Shown here: positions 13,234 to 25,960 of the stretch, one piece after another
How the letters are laid out: each line of letters starts with the position of its first letter
Numbering within the stretch: the stretch's first letter is position 1
Assembly: GCF_036365525.1 (NCBI RefSeq)
Contig: NC_090383.1
Location: forward strand, 86,107,123 to 86,171,122
Direction of reading: 5' to 3'
DNA from: Heterodontus francisci
Taxonomy: Eukaryota
Length of the DNA stretch: 64,000 nucleotides
The notes under the pieces: model-generated
The model's input: the letters and a program-made list of their open reading frames with translations, nothing else
Databases searched by the model: none
Told to the model about the DNA's origin: nothing
Program-made: the position numbers and the translations under genes

Positions 13234-13722
13234 CTAAAATACAGGTAAAGAACATAGAGCCAGTTACTCAAATCAGCGGCTTTCACGCACAGGAAATACT
13301 ATATTCAAGTATACAAATTGGTTTATTCATAGAAAGTACTCTGCCAATGAACTTTACAAATTATTATTGCTGCAAATTGAAAATGTCGCTTTTGAAATGA
13401 ATTAACTCTTATTGTCGCCTCATTGCCATTTGTCTAATGGCCAACTATCCTCCTTGGGTAAGCTATGCTCTGTGATTTTTGTTGGTTCCAAGATGACATG
13501 CCTGCTGGTAGAAGAATGGAATCCTGTATTCTGATACCTGAGCCAGACATGCCCTTTGTAATTCTGGGCAATGTTGATGATTGACCAGACAGCCTGGTGG
13601 AGTAGATTTGTCACTGGGTGTTGGAATTCTCACTTGGCTCTGGATGATTCTGAAAATCGGTGCCTTAACAGGTCGTTCTGGTTGGGCATGTAGCAGGAAA
13701 CTTACCAATGTTCTTTGCTGGC

Positions 13723-14060
13723 TTATTTATTTAGAGATACAGCACTGAAACAGGCCCTTCGGCCCACCAAGTCTGTGCCAACCATCAACCACCCATTTAT
13801 ATTAATCCTACATTAATCCCATATTCCTACCACATCCCCACCTTCCCTCAATTCCCCTACCACCTACCTATACTAGGGGCAATTTACAATGGCCAATTTA
13901 CCTATCAACCTGCAAGTCTTTGGTTGTGGGAGGAAACCGGAGCACCCGGAGAAAACCCACGCAGTCACAGGGAGAACTTGCAAACTCCGCACAGGCAGTA
14001 CCCAGAATTGAACCCGGGTCGCTGGAGCTGTGAGGCTGCTGTGCTGACCACTGCACCACC
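13723..14060 (-). mobile_element. HE1-like V-SINE (PRPH2 intron 2)
   Basis: Same family. Confidence 0.85.
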
Positions 14061-15309
14061 TGAAGCTAGATCAACATTAGCAGTACCTCTGAACACACTT
14101 GAGGGTTCCCTAAGGTTTTGACTGTTACTAATCTTTTCCTACATTCTCTGGATTTAGCTGAAGTGGGTATGTAGAGAGTATGCATTCCATACTGTGCAAA
14201 AAGGCTACCATTATGAGTTTATCAGTAACTTGGTTGCCGATGTCTAAGCATAGTGATGGATTTCCAGACTTGTTGGAATCCCAGATGACCAAAAAAGGCT
14301 CATTTTATATTAATCAATTGAATTTGAGTCTCTCTGTCTTGTGGAATTGATTGCTGACGTGTGAGTCTTAAGCCATTCATGCTATTTTCCATCTGGCCTC
14401 CACATAGTTGAGGGTGCACAGTCCTTTTTGTTTTATGGGTTACCCGATCCATTACAACAATGCTCTGTGTTACTGACTTGCAAAACACATTGAAGCTGTT
14501 CCGAGTGCTAATGTCCTTGTTATGGAACAATCACACTAACGGATTCAACTGGTCAAGTTCCCCGACCTGTCCACTGCTTGCAATTATGTCACAATGTGAT
14601 TTTGCAGGTCTGCCCTGAACCATCCTCCAAAAGCCGGCACAGAAACCAGAAGAAGGGAACCGTATAATTACATGAGTATTGAATTTAGGTTGCTTTGGTG
14701 CCAAACTCCCTGAACCCAGAATGTAATAAATACACTGTTTTATTAACTTAGTTTATGACCATTTCTAAACTTCATGTTATAATGCATGTCAACACTGCAC
14801 CAAGCTTTTCAAAATTTAGATCAAACATCTGACCCACCATGGTCTCCCCGAGGAGAAATTTCAAGCTCTGAAATGAGTAAAGAATATACACGCAACTCAT
14901 CATTTCACCACATGAACATTCAGTTTTAAAAAAACTTTGTATAACTGAAGTATAGAATTCATGGCCAGGCCTCTTGAAGGATAAGTCTATTCTAGTAAAT
15001 TGTTCAACATTATAAAAGTTGCTGATGTACTTAATTTACCCATTATAACTGAAGTGAATGATTGATTGGTTAGAGTCAGAATCTAGGCACAGACTTTGGT
15101 TAAGAATTTCTTCCTGCTACTCTCACTGCATCTCCCCCCACCATCCCCACCCCCCACCTCCTGCCACCACAACAACTTCCATTAAGGCACCATGACTCTC
15201 TCTCCCATTACCATTGTTCCTATTCATGATGGTACAGAAGGAGAAAATTAGGTGCAAAATGCTTAATCCAAGACTGATTCCAATTAACAGTGCTGAAGTA
15301 CACAGCAAA

Positions 15310-15775
15310 GAAAGACTTGCATTTATATAGCACCTTTTACAACCTCTGGAAAACGCAAAGCACTTTGCAGCCAATTAAATACTGTTTGACGTGTAGTCAC
15401 TTGTAATGTGGGAAACATGACAACCAGTTTGCAGACAGTGAGGTCCTACAAACAGTAATATAACAACGGCAGGTAATTGGTTTTAGTGGTTCTGGTAGAG
15501 GTCTAGATAATGGCTAGGACATGGAGAACTAATACAAAAGCAAAATACTGCGCATGCTGAAAATCAGAAATAAAAACAGAAAATGCTGGAAATACTCAGC
15601 AGGACTGGCAGCATCTGTGGAGAGAGAAACAGCTAACATTTCAAGTTGATAACATTTCATCAGAATGATTTCTGATGAAAGGTCATCAACCTGAACCATT
15701 AACTCAGTACTGCGCTGAGTTGTCAGGCTAGATTATGTCTTCAAGTCTGAGGTGGGACTTCAGGCTGGCACCACT
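15310..15775 (-). mobile_element. Old Deu-domain-type SINE (SacSINE1/AmnSINE1-like) split by a Penelope fragment
   Basis: L2-type tail aaagacttgcatttatatagc at 15312 and cagtactgcgctgagttgtcaggctagattatgt at 15705. Family name is from recall. Confidence 0.5.
15534..15704. mobile_element. Penelope-end fragment with back-to-back hammerhead-like motifs
   Basis: Same terminal sequence as 25862-25997. Palindrome centred at about 15667, with CTGATGA...GAA(A/C) on both strands (15631-15665 minus, 15670-15704 plus). Confidence 0.7.
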
Positions 15776-16443
15776 TAAAGGTCACAAAAGCTTGAATCTA
15801 TAAAGATGTAATCCATCCTAAACCAATAACTGTAGTGCAATGAATACAGGGTCAAGGTTTATTTTACTATTACATCTTAGCACTTGCTTATACTGACTAA
15901 AGGCAGGATAAACCCACCTTATCCTAGTTTAGATTACTTTATAAACATATTCCTATACCTGTTGTTTTCAAGTAGTAGAATATATGCTTAGAAACTCTGT
16001 TTTTGTAATCGACCCAATAAGATCACTCACCAAAGCACAACTGTAAATAAAATTGAATAGTTTACCTGATTACATTTAGAAAGCAGCTGGTTAAAATATT
16101 GACTAAAATACAGGATGCTTAGGGACTTTAGCCAGATCTAGAATTCACCCTGGCCCAAAAGGATATTGCACCAGCGATCTACTAAAATGTAATTAATTCA
16201 ACTCCTGTATTGTTTTGGAGATGGGAGACAATAAATACCGCATATACCCCACAAATAACTCTACCTGACAACACCATTGCTTTAGCAAGTATGTTTGCTA
16301 TTTGTGATGCCAACTCAGTTTTGTTTTAGTTCTTTTGCACAAAAGTATCAACAATTCATTACATAGCTGTAGATAAACAACAACTACTAATTATCAATGT
16401 GCAAATCTGGACTTGGTGCAAAAGTAATTCACAATGCTTAATG

Positions 16444-16600
16444 ATAAAAACAGAAAATGCTGGAAATATTCAGCAGGTCAGGTAGCATCTGTGGAGAAAG
16501 GAACAGATTAAGTCTTTCTCCACAGATGCTGCCTGAGCTGAGTCTTTCCAGCATTTTCTGTTTTTATTTCAGATTTTTAGTATCCACACTGTTTCTTTTG
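16444..16600. mobile_element. Penelope-end hairpin fragment
   Basis: Arms 16444-16500 and 16514-16567 are reverse complements of the Penelope terminal sequence. Degenerate flanking duplication cacaatgcttaatg / cacaacttattg. Confidence 0.7.
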
Positions 16601-16633
16601 CACAACTTATTGCTGTTGGCTGTATTTTATTAA

Positions 16634-16971
16634 GGGGCAGCGCAGTGGTTAGCATCACAGCTCCAGCGACCCGGGTTCAATTCCGGGTACTGCCTGTGTG
16701 GAGTTTGCAAGTTCTCCCTGTGTCTGCGTGGGTTTCCTCCGGGTGCTCCGGTTTCCTCCCACATGCCAAAGACTTGCAGGTTGGTAGGTAAATTGGCCAT
16801 TAGAAATTGCCCCTAGTATAGGTAGGTGGTAGGGAAAATATAGGGACAGGTGGGGATGTGGTAGGAATATGGGATTAGTGTAGGATTAGTATAAATGGGT
16901 GGTTGATGGTTGGCACAGACTTGGTGGGCCGAAGGGCCTGTTTCAGTGCTGTATCTCTAAACTAAACTAAA
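16634..16971 (+). mobile_element. HE1-like V-SINE (PRPH2 intron 2)
   Basis: Same family, (CTAAA)n tail. Confidence 0.85.
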
Positions 16972-17582
16972 CATTAAATATAGTCCTGTTTGTATTAATC
17001 CTGGAGATATATTACTTATTACATTCATTGTATACAAACAATTTAACGGTTACTATCAAAGCTATGTTATCCACTTAAATCAACATGTAAAACTTTGTAA
17101 GTTCTAAACTGGTCGTTTGTAGTCTGTCCATCTGCTAATCATCAGAACAAGAAGCTTGTTTTTGCTCTTGGACTGGAGATATGTTTAAAATCTGTGCTGA
17201 ATCTGAGAAGCAACATTTAATTTTTCTTCAACGTTCTGATTATAAAGCCGTATGTATACATTATATAGAGAAGGAGCCGACTTCATCTGTTACGCTGGGA
17301 TGGAAAGGCAGAAGCAAAACACTAAGATACATACATTCATGTTCATTTTTCTGCCTTTTAGAAAGGGTGCTCCCCACAGAAGATTATAGTTCTGCCGTGT
17401 TAACATTCATAAAGATGCACAATAACTGTGGCTGTCCTAATTGCTGCCTGATAGACATCTTAGCAGCTAAGCAAAAACTTTTACCGTTTAATACAAGAAT
17501 CATTTGACAAGAACATTCTCCCTTGTAAGGTTTACAATCCGGTTCTAGTTTTTAAGCTTGTGTTAAGAATTGGTCCTCTTAC

Positions 17583-17829
17583 CTCTAGTATCCAAACGAA
17601 TAAGACCAGTGCTCCCATTGACTGCATCATGTTAGTGTAATAGTTGAGTAGTGCTTGCTTGCAACCCCCAGTCCACAGGTTCAGCTCTTCGGTCTGGAAT
17701 TCGTAGCTATAATGGGCTGAATTGTTGGTGATCTGCTGCTGGATACAGGGTCGAGGGGAGCCCGGATTGCAGCAACTGAATGGCACCCCGTCCGTCAGAT
17801 ACTTTCCGTCAACATTGCTCTTAACACGG
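17583..17829 (-). CDS. PRPH2: Peripherin-2 exon 2 (247 nt; D2 loop and TM4 start)
   Basis: Acceptor ctacag|C at 17830/17829 completes the codon GAC. Reads [56 protein letters not shown]...VWILE. Donor GAG|gtaag at 17583/17582. Confidence 0.97.
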
Positions 17830-18048
17830 CTGTAGGGGTGAGAGGTGAGAGTGTTTAGGGTTCAAAATTCAACTAGCGCAGAAGGACCGTGGCCAATGCA
17901 TCTTATATCCCCATTTCGTTCCTAGTGATAAAACTCCAAATAAAAAAGACACGAGTTCAGGCTGAGTAAGATATATCTTACCTGCACATTTCAAATACAC
18001 ATCTCATTTCCCATCACCTCCCCGCCGCGTTGTACCTGCTCTACTTAC

Positions 18049-18629
18049 TCTTTCACCTCCTTGGAGCTGAAGTCCAGGTATCTGTTGCTGATCCACTGGA
18101 TTTCAAACCAGTCTCGGAAGCCATTGTTTCCACAGCAGCGAAACTCGATCTGAAGCTGGTCGATGGTTTTCTTCATGAAGCACCTGCCTGGAGTGTCGGT
18201 GTCTCGGTAATATTTCATCCCGTTCTTCAGCCCCTTGGCCAGAGTATCCTCCAGATAAATCTTCATCAGAAAACACAACACCACGGTGATGAAGGTCAGG
18301 AAAGTGAAAACCAAACAGGAGGCCAGGTAGAACTTGAGGAAAGATTTCCATCGGGAGTATTTAGCCGGATCGAGGGAATCATAACAAAACTTGCCTCCAA
18401 AACAGTTGATGGCGCACGCTAGGACCCCGACCAGGATCAGGGAATTGGGAACCAAGTGGCTCTCCTCATTATCCATCACCTCGCTTCGTTTCCTAAGCTC
18501 GATCTTAAGGAACAAACCCATTCCAAAGATAATGATTCCTGCCAGTACACAAAACCAGTTCAGGAGCCATAGCCCCTGCGCTAACTTGACGCGTTTCTGC
18601 ACGTTGAACTTAATTTTCAGAATGACCAT
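18049..18629 (-). CDS. PRPH2: Peripherin-2 (RDS) coding exon 1 (581 nt)
   Basis: [28 protein letters not shown]...[46 protein letters not shown] is a recognisable peripherin-2 tetraspanin. Donor GA|gtaagt at 18049/18048. 581 nt matches the human coding exon 1 length as I recall it. Confidence 0.97.
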
Positions 18630-18719
18630 TTTTCTATCACTCTGAAGTCGATGTGAAGATTGGCTTTTGGATAATTCAGTAAGATTTGGGCACGGGTGCA
18701 GAAAGGGCAGGAGACAGTC

Positions 18720-19040
18720 CGCTTGAGATTAACTCAACCTTGTGTCCCTCCATACTGACCACCCTAAAAGCAAATCTACAAGTGATACAAGGACCCTATG
18801 GAAACTGTGCTCTTCAATGTGCCAAGCCAGAGGGGAAAAAATAGTCGGCGTCTAAACCTCGCGTTGGCGGTCCTTTCCCCAGCAAAGGAGATGGCTCTTC
18901 CAGAATCCACTAGAGAAAATCTGAGACTGCAAGACGTCACCTTAAAACCAGTAATAGGTTTTATCTCTAATCATTTAGAGAAAGCTCTGCCCCAGATGAG
19001 CGATTGAAATTAATCCGCATTGTTACCATGTAATTGCTTT
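18720..19040 (-). promoter_or_regulatory. PRPH2 upstream region with CRX/OTX-type TAATC sites
   Basis: GAGATTAA at 18725-18732, CTAATCA at 18967-18973 and TTAATCCG at 19010-19017 lie upstream of a photoreceptor gene. Function is inferred. Confidence 0.5.
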
Positions 19041-20474
19041 GCCCTCAAGTTGTCAGTGATTGTGCCTTTACCAAGAAGTTTCATTGCATTTGAAACGTCG
19101 GGTCATGGTGTTTACTAAAAAAAAAATTAGCTGGGAATAACTGTGGATGGCGACCGTTGCATTTGGAATTTGTTTTCGATTATTTATTATAGAATTAATA
19201 TTATGCTGTGTTGTCCAATCTTTATGTGCATCATGTTTACTCATGTAAAATATAATGAAAGAAAAAGCAAAAAAAAGTTTCAACTTAATAAGCTAAGTAA
19301 GCTTAAATATAGGTCATTACTCTTGCATGAACATTGAATTAAAATATAAATTGATCAACACCAGTCGAGTGCTTTTAAGGCTGTGTCCCAGATAAAGTTC
19401 TGCAGGAAACGTTATGTTTAAAGGAGTTTTATATTTGGCTAAACATTCAGCAGATGTTGACTTCTCAGACCTTGTACCTCAGATTTTTATTTTTAGTTTC
19501 CGCTCCTCTCTGTGATGCACAACAATTTGCATTTATATAGTAAGTCGTCCCAAGGCAGAGTGGAATATAATTCCACAGGAATTAACAGACAGCAGAACAC
19601 TCAATATTTATATGGTGTTATCTCTCTTTCCCTCAATACAATACATAAAAATACTGCAATGAACATCACTCCCTATCTGTCTTAGGATTCTTTTAACCTC
19701 TAACCAAGCCTTATTTCCAAAGATCATGTCTTGGGCAGAGTCACTTAAAGAATTTTTGAGATTATAGGCACCAAAATCATGTAGGGCCTATCCACATCAC
19801 CTACTCAACAACCCTCCCCACCATCCATTAACATACAAAGATGTCGAAATAGGCCAGTAGAATGATTACACACTGCATTAATAATACATTAGAATATGCT
19901 ACTTAAATGAAACCCAACCCCTTGGTGGGGCCCTACGTTTTGCTGGAGCCCCAAGACTCCAATGTATGGTGCCATAGACCATGCATTAATCTGCCCCCGG
20001 CCTTGGGCTGAGATTGGATCTGAGGCTGCAGGCCCCAGGTGAGATGCATAGTGCCAGCCAGGTCTCTGGTAGTGAAGGACAGATATTACCTCACCTGACA
20101 AAGTAACGGACATACCCTATCTGGAAGCCTTTTACTATCTTATCCAAGCTGGTGAGCCCCAAATGGTGAATTGCCTCCCTTGTGCCAGGGTAAGGAATGT
20201 TGTAGAGTTGGTGCAGAAGTTCTTGGAGAAAGAGGGGCATTAGCTATAAGTTGTGGTTCATATCTGAAACAACTATTTAAAAAAGAATAGAATTCAGGTC
20301 TTGCAAAATGAGTTCCATAAGTTAGGAAGTAGATTAAGAAGAAGAACCTCAAAGGAGTAAAATCAAATTTTACCAGTGTCATTTACTAGACTGTACTGAA
20401 TGATCTGATTTTGGGAAGGTAAATGCATTACTACAGACATCATATAGGATTGAAGAATTCAAATTCCTGGGCAT

Positions 20475-21968
20475 TAGGACCAGCAAAGGCTGTGGACTCT
20501 GACAACATCCTGGCTGTAGTACTGAAGACTTGTGCTCCAGAACTAGCCATGCCCCTAGTCAAGCTGTTCCAGTACAGGTGCAACACTGGTCTCTACCCAA
20601 CAATGTGGAAAATTGCCCAAGCATATCCTGTCCACAAAAAGCAGGACAATCTCAATCCGGCTAATTACTGCCCATCAGTCTACTCTCAATCATCAGCAAA
20701 GTGATGGAAAGTGTCATTGACAGTGCTATCAAGCGGTATTTAGTCAGCAATAATCTGCTCGCCAATGCTCAGTTTGGCTTCTTCCAGGGCCACTCAGCTC
20801 CAGACTTCATTACAGCCTTGGTCCAAACTTGGACAAAAGAGCTGAATTCCAGAGGTGAGTTGAGAGTGATTGCCCTTGATATCAAGGTAGCATTTGATTT
20901 AGTATGGAATCAAGGAGCCCTAGAAAAATTGAAGTCAATGGGAATCAGGGGAAAACTTCACTAGCTGGGGTCATACCAAGCACAAAGGAAGATGGTTGTC
21001 ATTGTTGGAGGCCAATCATCTCAGCCCAGGAAATTGTGGAGGGAGTTCCTCAGGGCACTGTCCTCGGCACAACCATCTTCAGCTGCTTCATCAATGACTT
21101 TCCCTCCAACATAAGGTCAGAAGTGGAGATGTTTGCTGATGATTGCATAGTGTTCAATACCATTCACAACTCCTTAGATACTGAAACATGCAGCAAGACT
21201 TGGAAAACATTCAGGCTTGGACTGATAAGTGGCAAGTAACATTTGTGTCACACAGTGCCAGGCAATGTTGATCTCCAACAAGAGAGAATCTAACCATCTC
21301 CTCTTGACGTTCAACAGCATTACCATCACTGAATCCTCCACCATCAACATCCTGGGTGTTATCATGGACCAGAAATTTAACTGGACCACCCACATAAATA
21401 CTGTGGCTAAAAGAGGTCAGAGGCTGGGAGGCTGAGAATAACTCATCTCCTGACTCCCTAAAGCCTGTCCACCATCTACAAGGCACAAGTCAGGTGTGTG
21501 ATGGATTACTCTCCACTTAAGTGCAGCTCCAACACATACAAGAAGCTGGACACCATCCAGAACAAAGCAGCCCACTGGATTGGCACCCCATTCATACCTT
21601 GAACATTCACTCCCTCCACCATTGGCACACAATGACAGCAGTGTGTACTATCTACAAGATGCACTGCAGCAACTCACCAAGGCTCCTTGGACAGCACCTT
21701 CCAAACCTGCAACCTCTACTACCTAGAAGGACAAGGACAGCATGCGCATGGGAACACCACCATCTGCAAGTTCCCCTCCAAGTCACACACCATCCTGACT
21801 TGGAACTATATTGCTGCTCCTTCACTGTCGCTAGGTCAAAATCTTGGAACTCCCTTCTTAACAGCACTGTGGGTGTACCTGCACCACATGGAATGCAATG
21901 GTTCAAAGGCAATTAGGAATGGGCAATAAATGCTGGTCTTGCCAGCAATGCTCACATCGCATGAATGA
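20475..21968 (+). mobile_element. CR1/L2-group LINE family B, RT region to 3' end (decayed)
   Basis: WKIAQAYPVHKK, QFGF, ALDIKVAFD, GVPQGTVLG, MFADD; ends ggcaattaggaatgggcaataaatgctgg. Confidence 0.85.
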
Positions 21969-22258
21969 TTAAAAGAAGTTCTGAGGCAGGTGTGAGGTCA
22001 TCCAAAGGAGTAGCATACATCTGAACAGAGCATACAATAATTCTCTGTGGGGAAAGTGGAAAAACAAGGGAGAAAGTAAGCAGGTTGGAATAGAAAGTAA
22101 GTTCCAGTTGTATCGGTAATAGATAGAAAGATTCAAAGTGTTAAACAGAATTGGACAGGACAATAAAAGAAAAAAAGTACGCGGGATAGAAAAAAAATTG
22201 CAAATTAAAGGACTTCAAATTAAATATGTATATCAAGGCACAGCATATAAGAAACAAA

Positions 22259-23068
22259 GGGGCTAATTTTACAGACCCCCCCGACGTCGGGGGTCATGGT
22301 GTGGGGGGCCAGAAAATGCCTCCCGGAGAGGCCCACCATGGGCCTCAATGCTGGGAAGGCCCGGCCCCATTTTGCTGGCGATGGTGAGGCCTCATGGTGG
22401 CCAGCTGCCTCTTGATGACAGGAGCAGAATTTAAATATTTAAAAACATGCAAATTAAAGATTGAATCAATTACCCGCTCCCGCTGTCCGTCCTGTTCCGT
22501 TATTGGTGCCAGTGGCCGGCACTACCGCACCTTCGGGTCTCCGTCTGGAGATCCGATGTGGGACACTGGTGGGGAGGCTGGAGCAGCTAAGTATTTCAGT
22601 GCAGGAGGGGCGGGGAGTGGGGTCAAAGCAATCTGATTGAGGTAGGGGATGGTGGGAGGAGGTTGAAGTGAAAAGTTCATAAACTTTGGAGGGGGAAGGT
22701 CAGGTACACTATTTAAGTATTTTTGTGTGGGAGAAGGCAAGGAATGAACTGTATGGGGGGGGGGTTGGGAGAGGGGCTAGAAACATTAATTTATTTTTGA
22801 AATAAAATTTAAAAGACCTATATCGTTAAATATTTAAACAAAATCGAAGGGCTCGACGTCCTTTAAAAATGGCATCGGTGCCTGCGCAATGGCACCTGAT
22901 GCAGTTGCCGGGGATGGACTACTCGCCCTCTCCACATCATCAGGGGGTGGTCCACCCCGGCGATTTAAATGAGTCTCCTGCTGAATATCGCAGCCGCTCC
23001 ACGAAGCTGGGCCTGCATGTGTGGCCTGCCATTGTTTACGTCTGCTGCTGTGACATACATTTCAGCCC
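22259..23068. mobile_element. Harbinger-like MITE, related family
   Basis: Ends GGGGCTAATTTTAC ... CATTTCAGCCC with AAA flanks. Internal ctttaaaaatggca block shared with 2360-3113. Confidence 0.7.
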
Positions 23069-23564
23069 AAAGTGGGCAACTAGAATTATTTATTGAAATA
23101 ATAAATCATGGAATACATGAAGCAGTTAGAACATGGTTGCAACTGCATCAAGACTGACCATCAGAATATTGGATATAAAACATCAAAAGGGATATGGAAG
23201 GAAGAAAGGGAGGAATGGTGCTCATCACATCAAATAATTAGATGTAAGGATTTAAATTTGAATGTGTCCAAACAGAATCCCTTGGGATTGAGCTGGTGAA
23301 TAGCAAATAATTGGTCATCTTACTCGGAGTAAAACAGTGAAAAGGAATTGAGGAAGAAACTTGTAAATGTGAGTTATGTATTAAGAGTAGAGTTACACCT
23401 GGAGGGAGATTTTAATTATCCAAATGTAGGCTGTGGAGTTTCCAGATTTTGACTCGGCAATGATGGAGGAACAGTGATATATTTCCAAGTCAGGATGGTG
23501 TATGACATGGAGGCAAACTTGGTGGCCATGGTATTTCCGTGCGTCGACTGACATTGTCCTTCTT

Positions 23565-24190
23565 AGAACATAAGAAATTAATGCAGGAGTAAGCCATTTG
23601 GCCCTTCGCACCTGCTCCACCATTCAACAAGATCATGGCTCAACTCCATCTTTCCCCACTATCCCCAGATCTCTTAATACCCAAAACTCTATTGCCCTCT
23701 GTCATGAACATTCTCAATGACAGAGCATCCGCAGCTCTCTAGGGTAGAGAAATTCACAACTCTTTGAGTGAAGCAGTTTCTCCTCATCTCAGTCCTCATT
23801 GGCTGACTCCTTATTCTGAGATTGTGACTCTGTTCTTTAGATTCTCCATCTGGGGGAAACATTTTCTCAGCATCTATCCTATCAAGCCCCTTAAGAATTT
23901 TATGTTTTAATTAGATCACCTCTCATTCTTCTAAACTCCAGGGAATAAAGGCCTGGTCTACTAAATCTCTCCTCAGGACAATCCCCTCATCCCAGGAGCC
24001 AGTCTAGTGAACCTTTGCTGTACTTCCTTTAGGGCAAAGATGTCCTTCGTTCAGTAAGGAGAACAGAACTGCACACAGTACTCTAGATGTGGCCTTACCA
24101 ATGCTCTGTATAATTGTAGTGAAACTCCTTTAACTGTTATATTCCAATCACTTTGTAACAAAAGCTAACATAACATTTGCCTTCCTAATT
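23565..24190 (-). mobile_element. CR1-like family A 3' fragment nested in a family B LINE remnant (about 23420-24482)
   Basis: agaacataagaaatt...caggagtaagccatttggccc tail. Flanks match family B on the minus strand. Confidence 0.75.
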
Positions 24191-25960
24191 GGTGTTAGTT
24201 GGTGGTGGTTGCAGGTTTTGGAGGTAGTGCATCTTCTAAATGATACTGCAGTAACGTTGTGCTGGTGGTGGAGGAAATTAACATTTAAAGTGGTGGATGG
24301 GTGCTGATCAAGCAGAATGCTTTGTACTGGATGGTGTGAAGCTTTTTTCAAATGATTTTGGAGCTTCACTCATCCAGACAAGTGGGGAGTATTGCATCAC
24401 ACTCCTGGACTGGTGCCTTGTCTATGGTGGAAAGGCTTTGGGTAGTCATGTGGTGTATCACTTGTCACAGAGTATCCAGGCCTGAGGTTAACTTTCCTGT
24501 AATCTTCCCTCTTGCTGTGGGGTTATTGTTGTATGTTTACTGTATCTCCAAAACCATGTAATTGAGATCAGACTCTGGAAGGAGCAAATGCAACCTCTGT
24601 TCTATTACTGCAATGTTGCTGCTTCTCACTGAAACTGATTTTTTTTTAACCAAAATATTTCCAATTTGTTTTTAGCTGGAAATGAAACATTTCATGTTAC
24701 TTCTGCAGCTAATAGTAACATTGTTAGCTAGGTTTCATTTGGTCCATGTTTGGAGCACATACTAAAGAATCCTTTGAAAATAGTACTTGTTGATTGGCTG
24801 CCCGCCTCGTGGAGTGGGCTGTCAATCCTGCTACCAACCCATCTGTCGGAAATTCCCCCAGAGACGGGAATGCATCGGGACCTGTCCCAACTCTCCCCTA
24901 TTTTCCTCGCTCCCCAACCCTGTTTCAATGGGATCTGGAAAATCTAGCCCAAATGTTACAAAAGCTGATTTATAATGAAGTCACACTTCATAAATCTAAC
25001 ATTTCTATTGTCTTTCAAATAACATTTTTGACATTTTGTAAGTTATTGGGTGAAGATGTAATTTTTGTGCATTTATAAATACCCAGTAACCTTTTACTTC
25101 ATTACCAAGTGTTACGATCAGGTGAGGAGGGTTACAAGGCTCCCATTTTGTCCTTCCTCTTATTTGACTGCAACAGGGTTATTCCTTTTTAAACAGTGGA
25201 TGTGCTTACTACTTCAGTGAGTATTCTATCTTTGTTGTGATTGTAAAAGAACCAATTAGACAGGTTTTCTTGAGTTTAACAAGAGATGAGTTGATTATAC
25301 TTAACAATTTAAACCCGATCTAAATAAAATAATAAAATTACGCTACACATTCACACACACACACACACACAAGAATCCCACACACACAAATAGATTAGTG
25401 TGTTGTGGAGCAGATTTTGTGGTTGGATTAGAGTCTAGAATAAATAAAAATTAATACACAGTCTGTGGGGTTGGATAATTCAGTTGTCTTCCGCTGAAGT
25501 TGTGTTCTTGAAGTCTTTGGCCAGTAAATGTGCAGTTTGTGACTGGCCCACCTGGTTCAGGCTTTTCTTGTAGGCAGGATTGTAGGTGACTTTCTTCCCC
25601 CAGTGTCTTTGTCTTGGATCCAGCAACCAGCAGCTAAGCTTCGCACGCCCCCACCAGGCCTTCTCGAAAGGGAGGGGGAGAGAAAGACAGCCCTTCTGGC
25701 TTCTGCCCAGAATGAGTCACTGGCTTGTCTGCTTTTTCCAAGGGAAACTCCCAGCTTTCACAGAGATGGACAGTCACATGACTGCCTCAGTGTATTGTCT
25801 GGAACCTTCTAATGAGTTTCAAATTTAGGAATTTCAATCCCTCAGGCTTCAGGATGTTAATATAAAAGCAAAATACTATGGATGCTGGAAATCTGAAATA
25901 AAAACTAGAAATGCTGGAATCACTCAGCAGGTCTGGCAGCATCTGTGGAAAGAGAAGCAG

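Noticed and set aside
18030-18645. Plus-strand ORFs of 130 and 84 aa
   Set aside because: Antisense shadows of PRPH2 exon 1.
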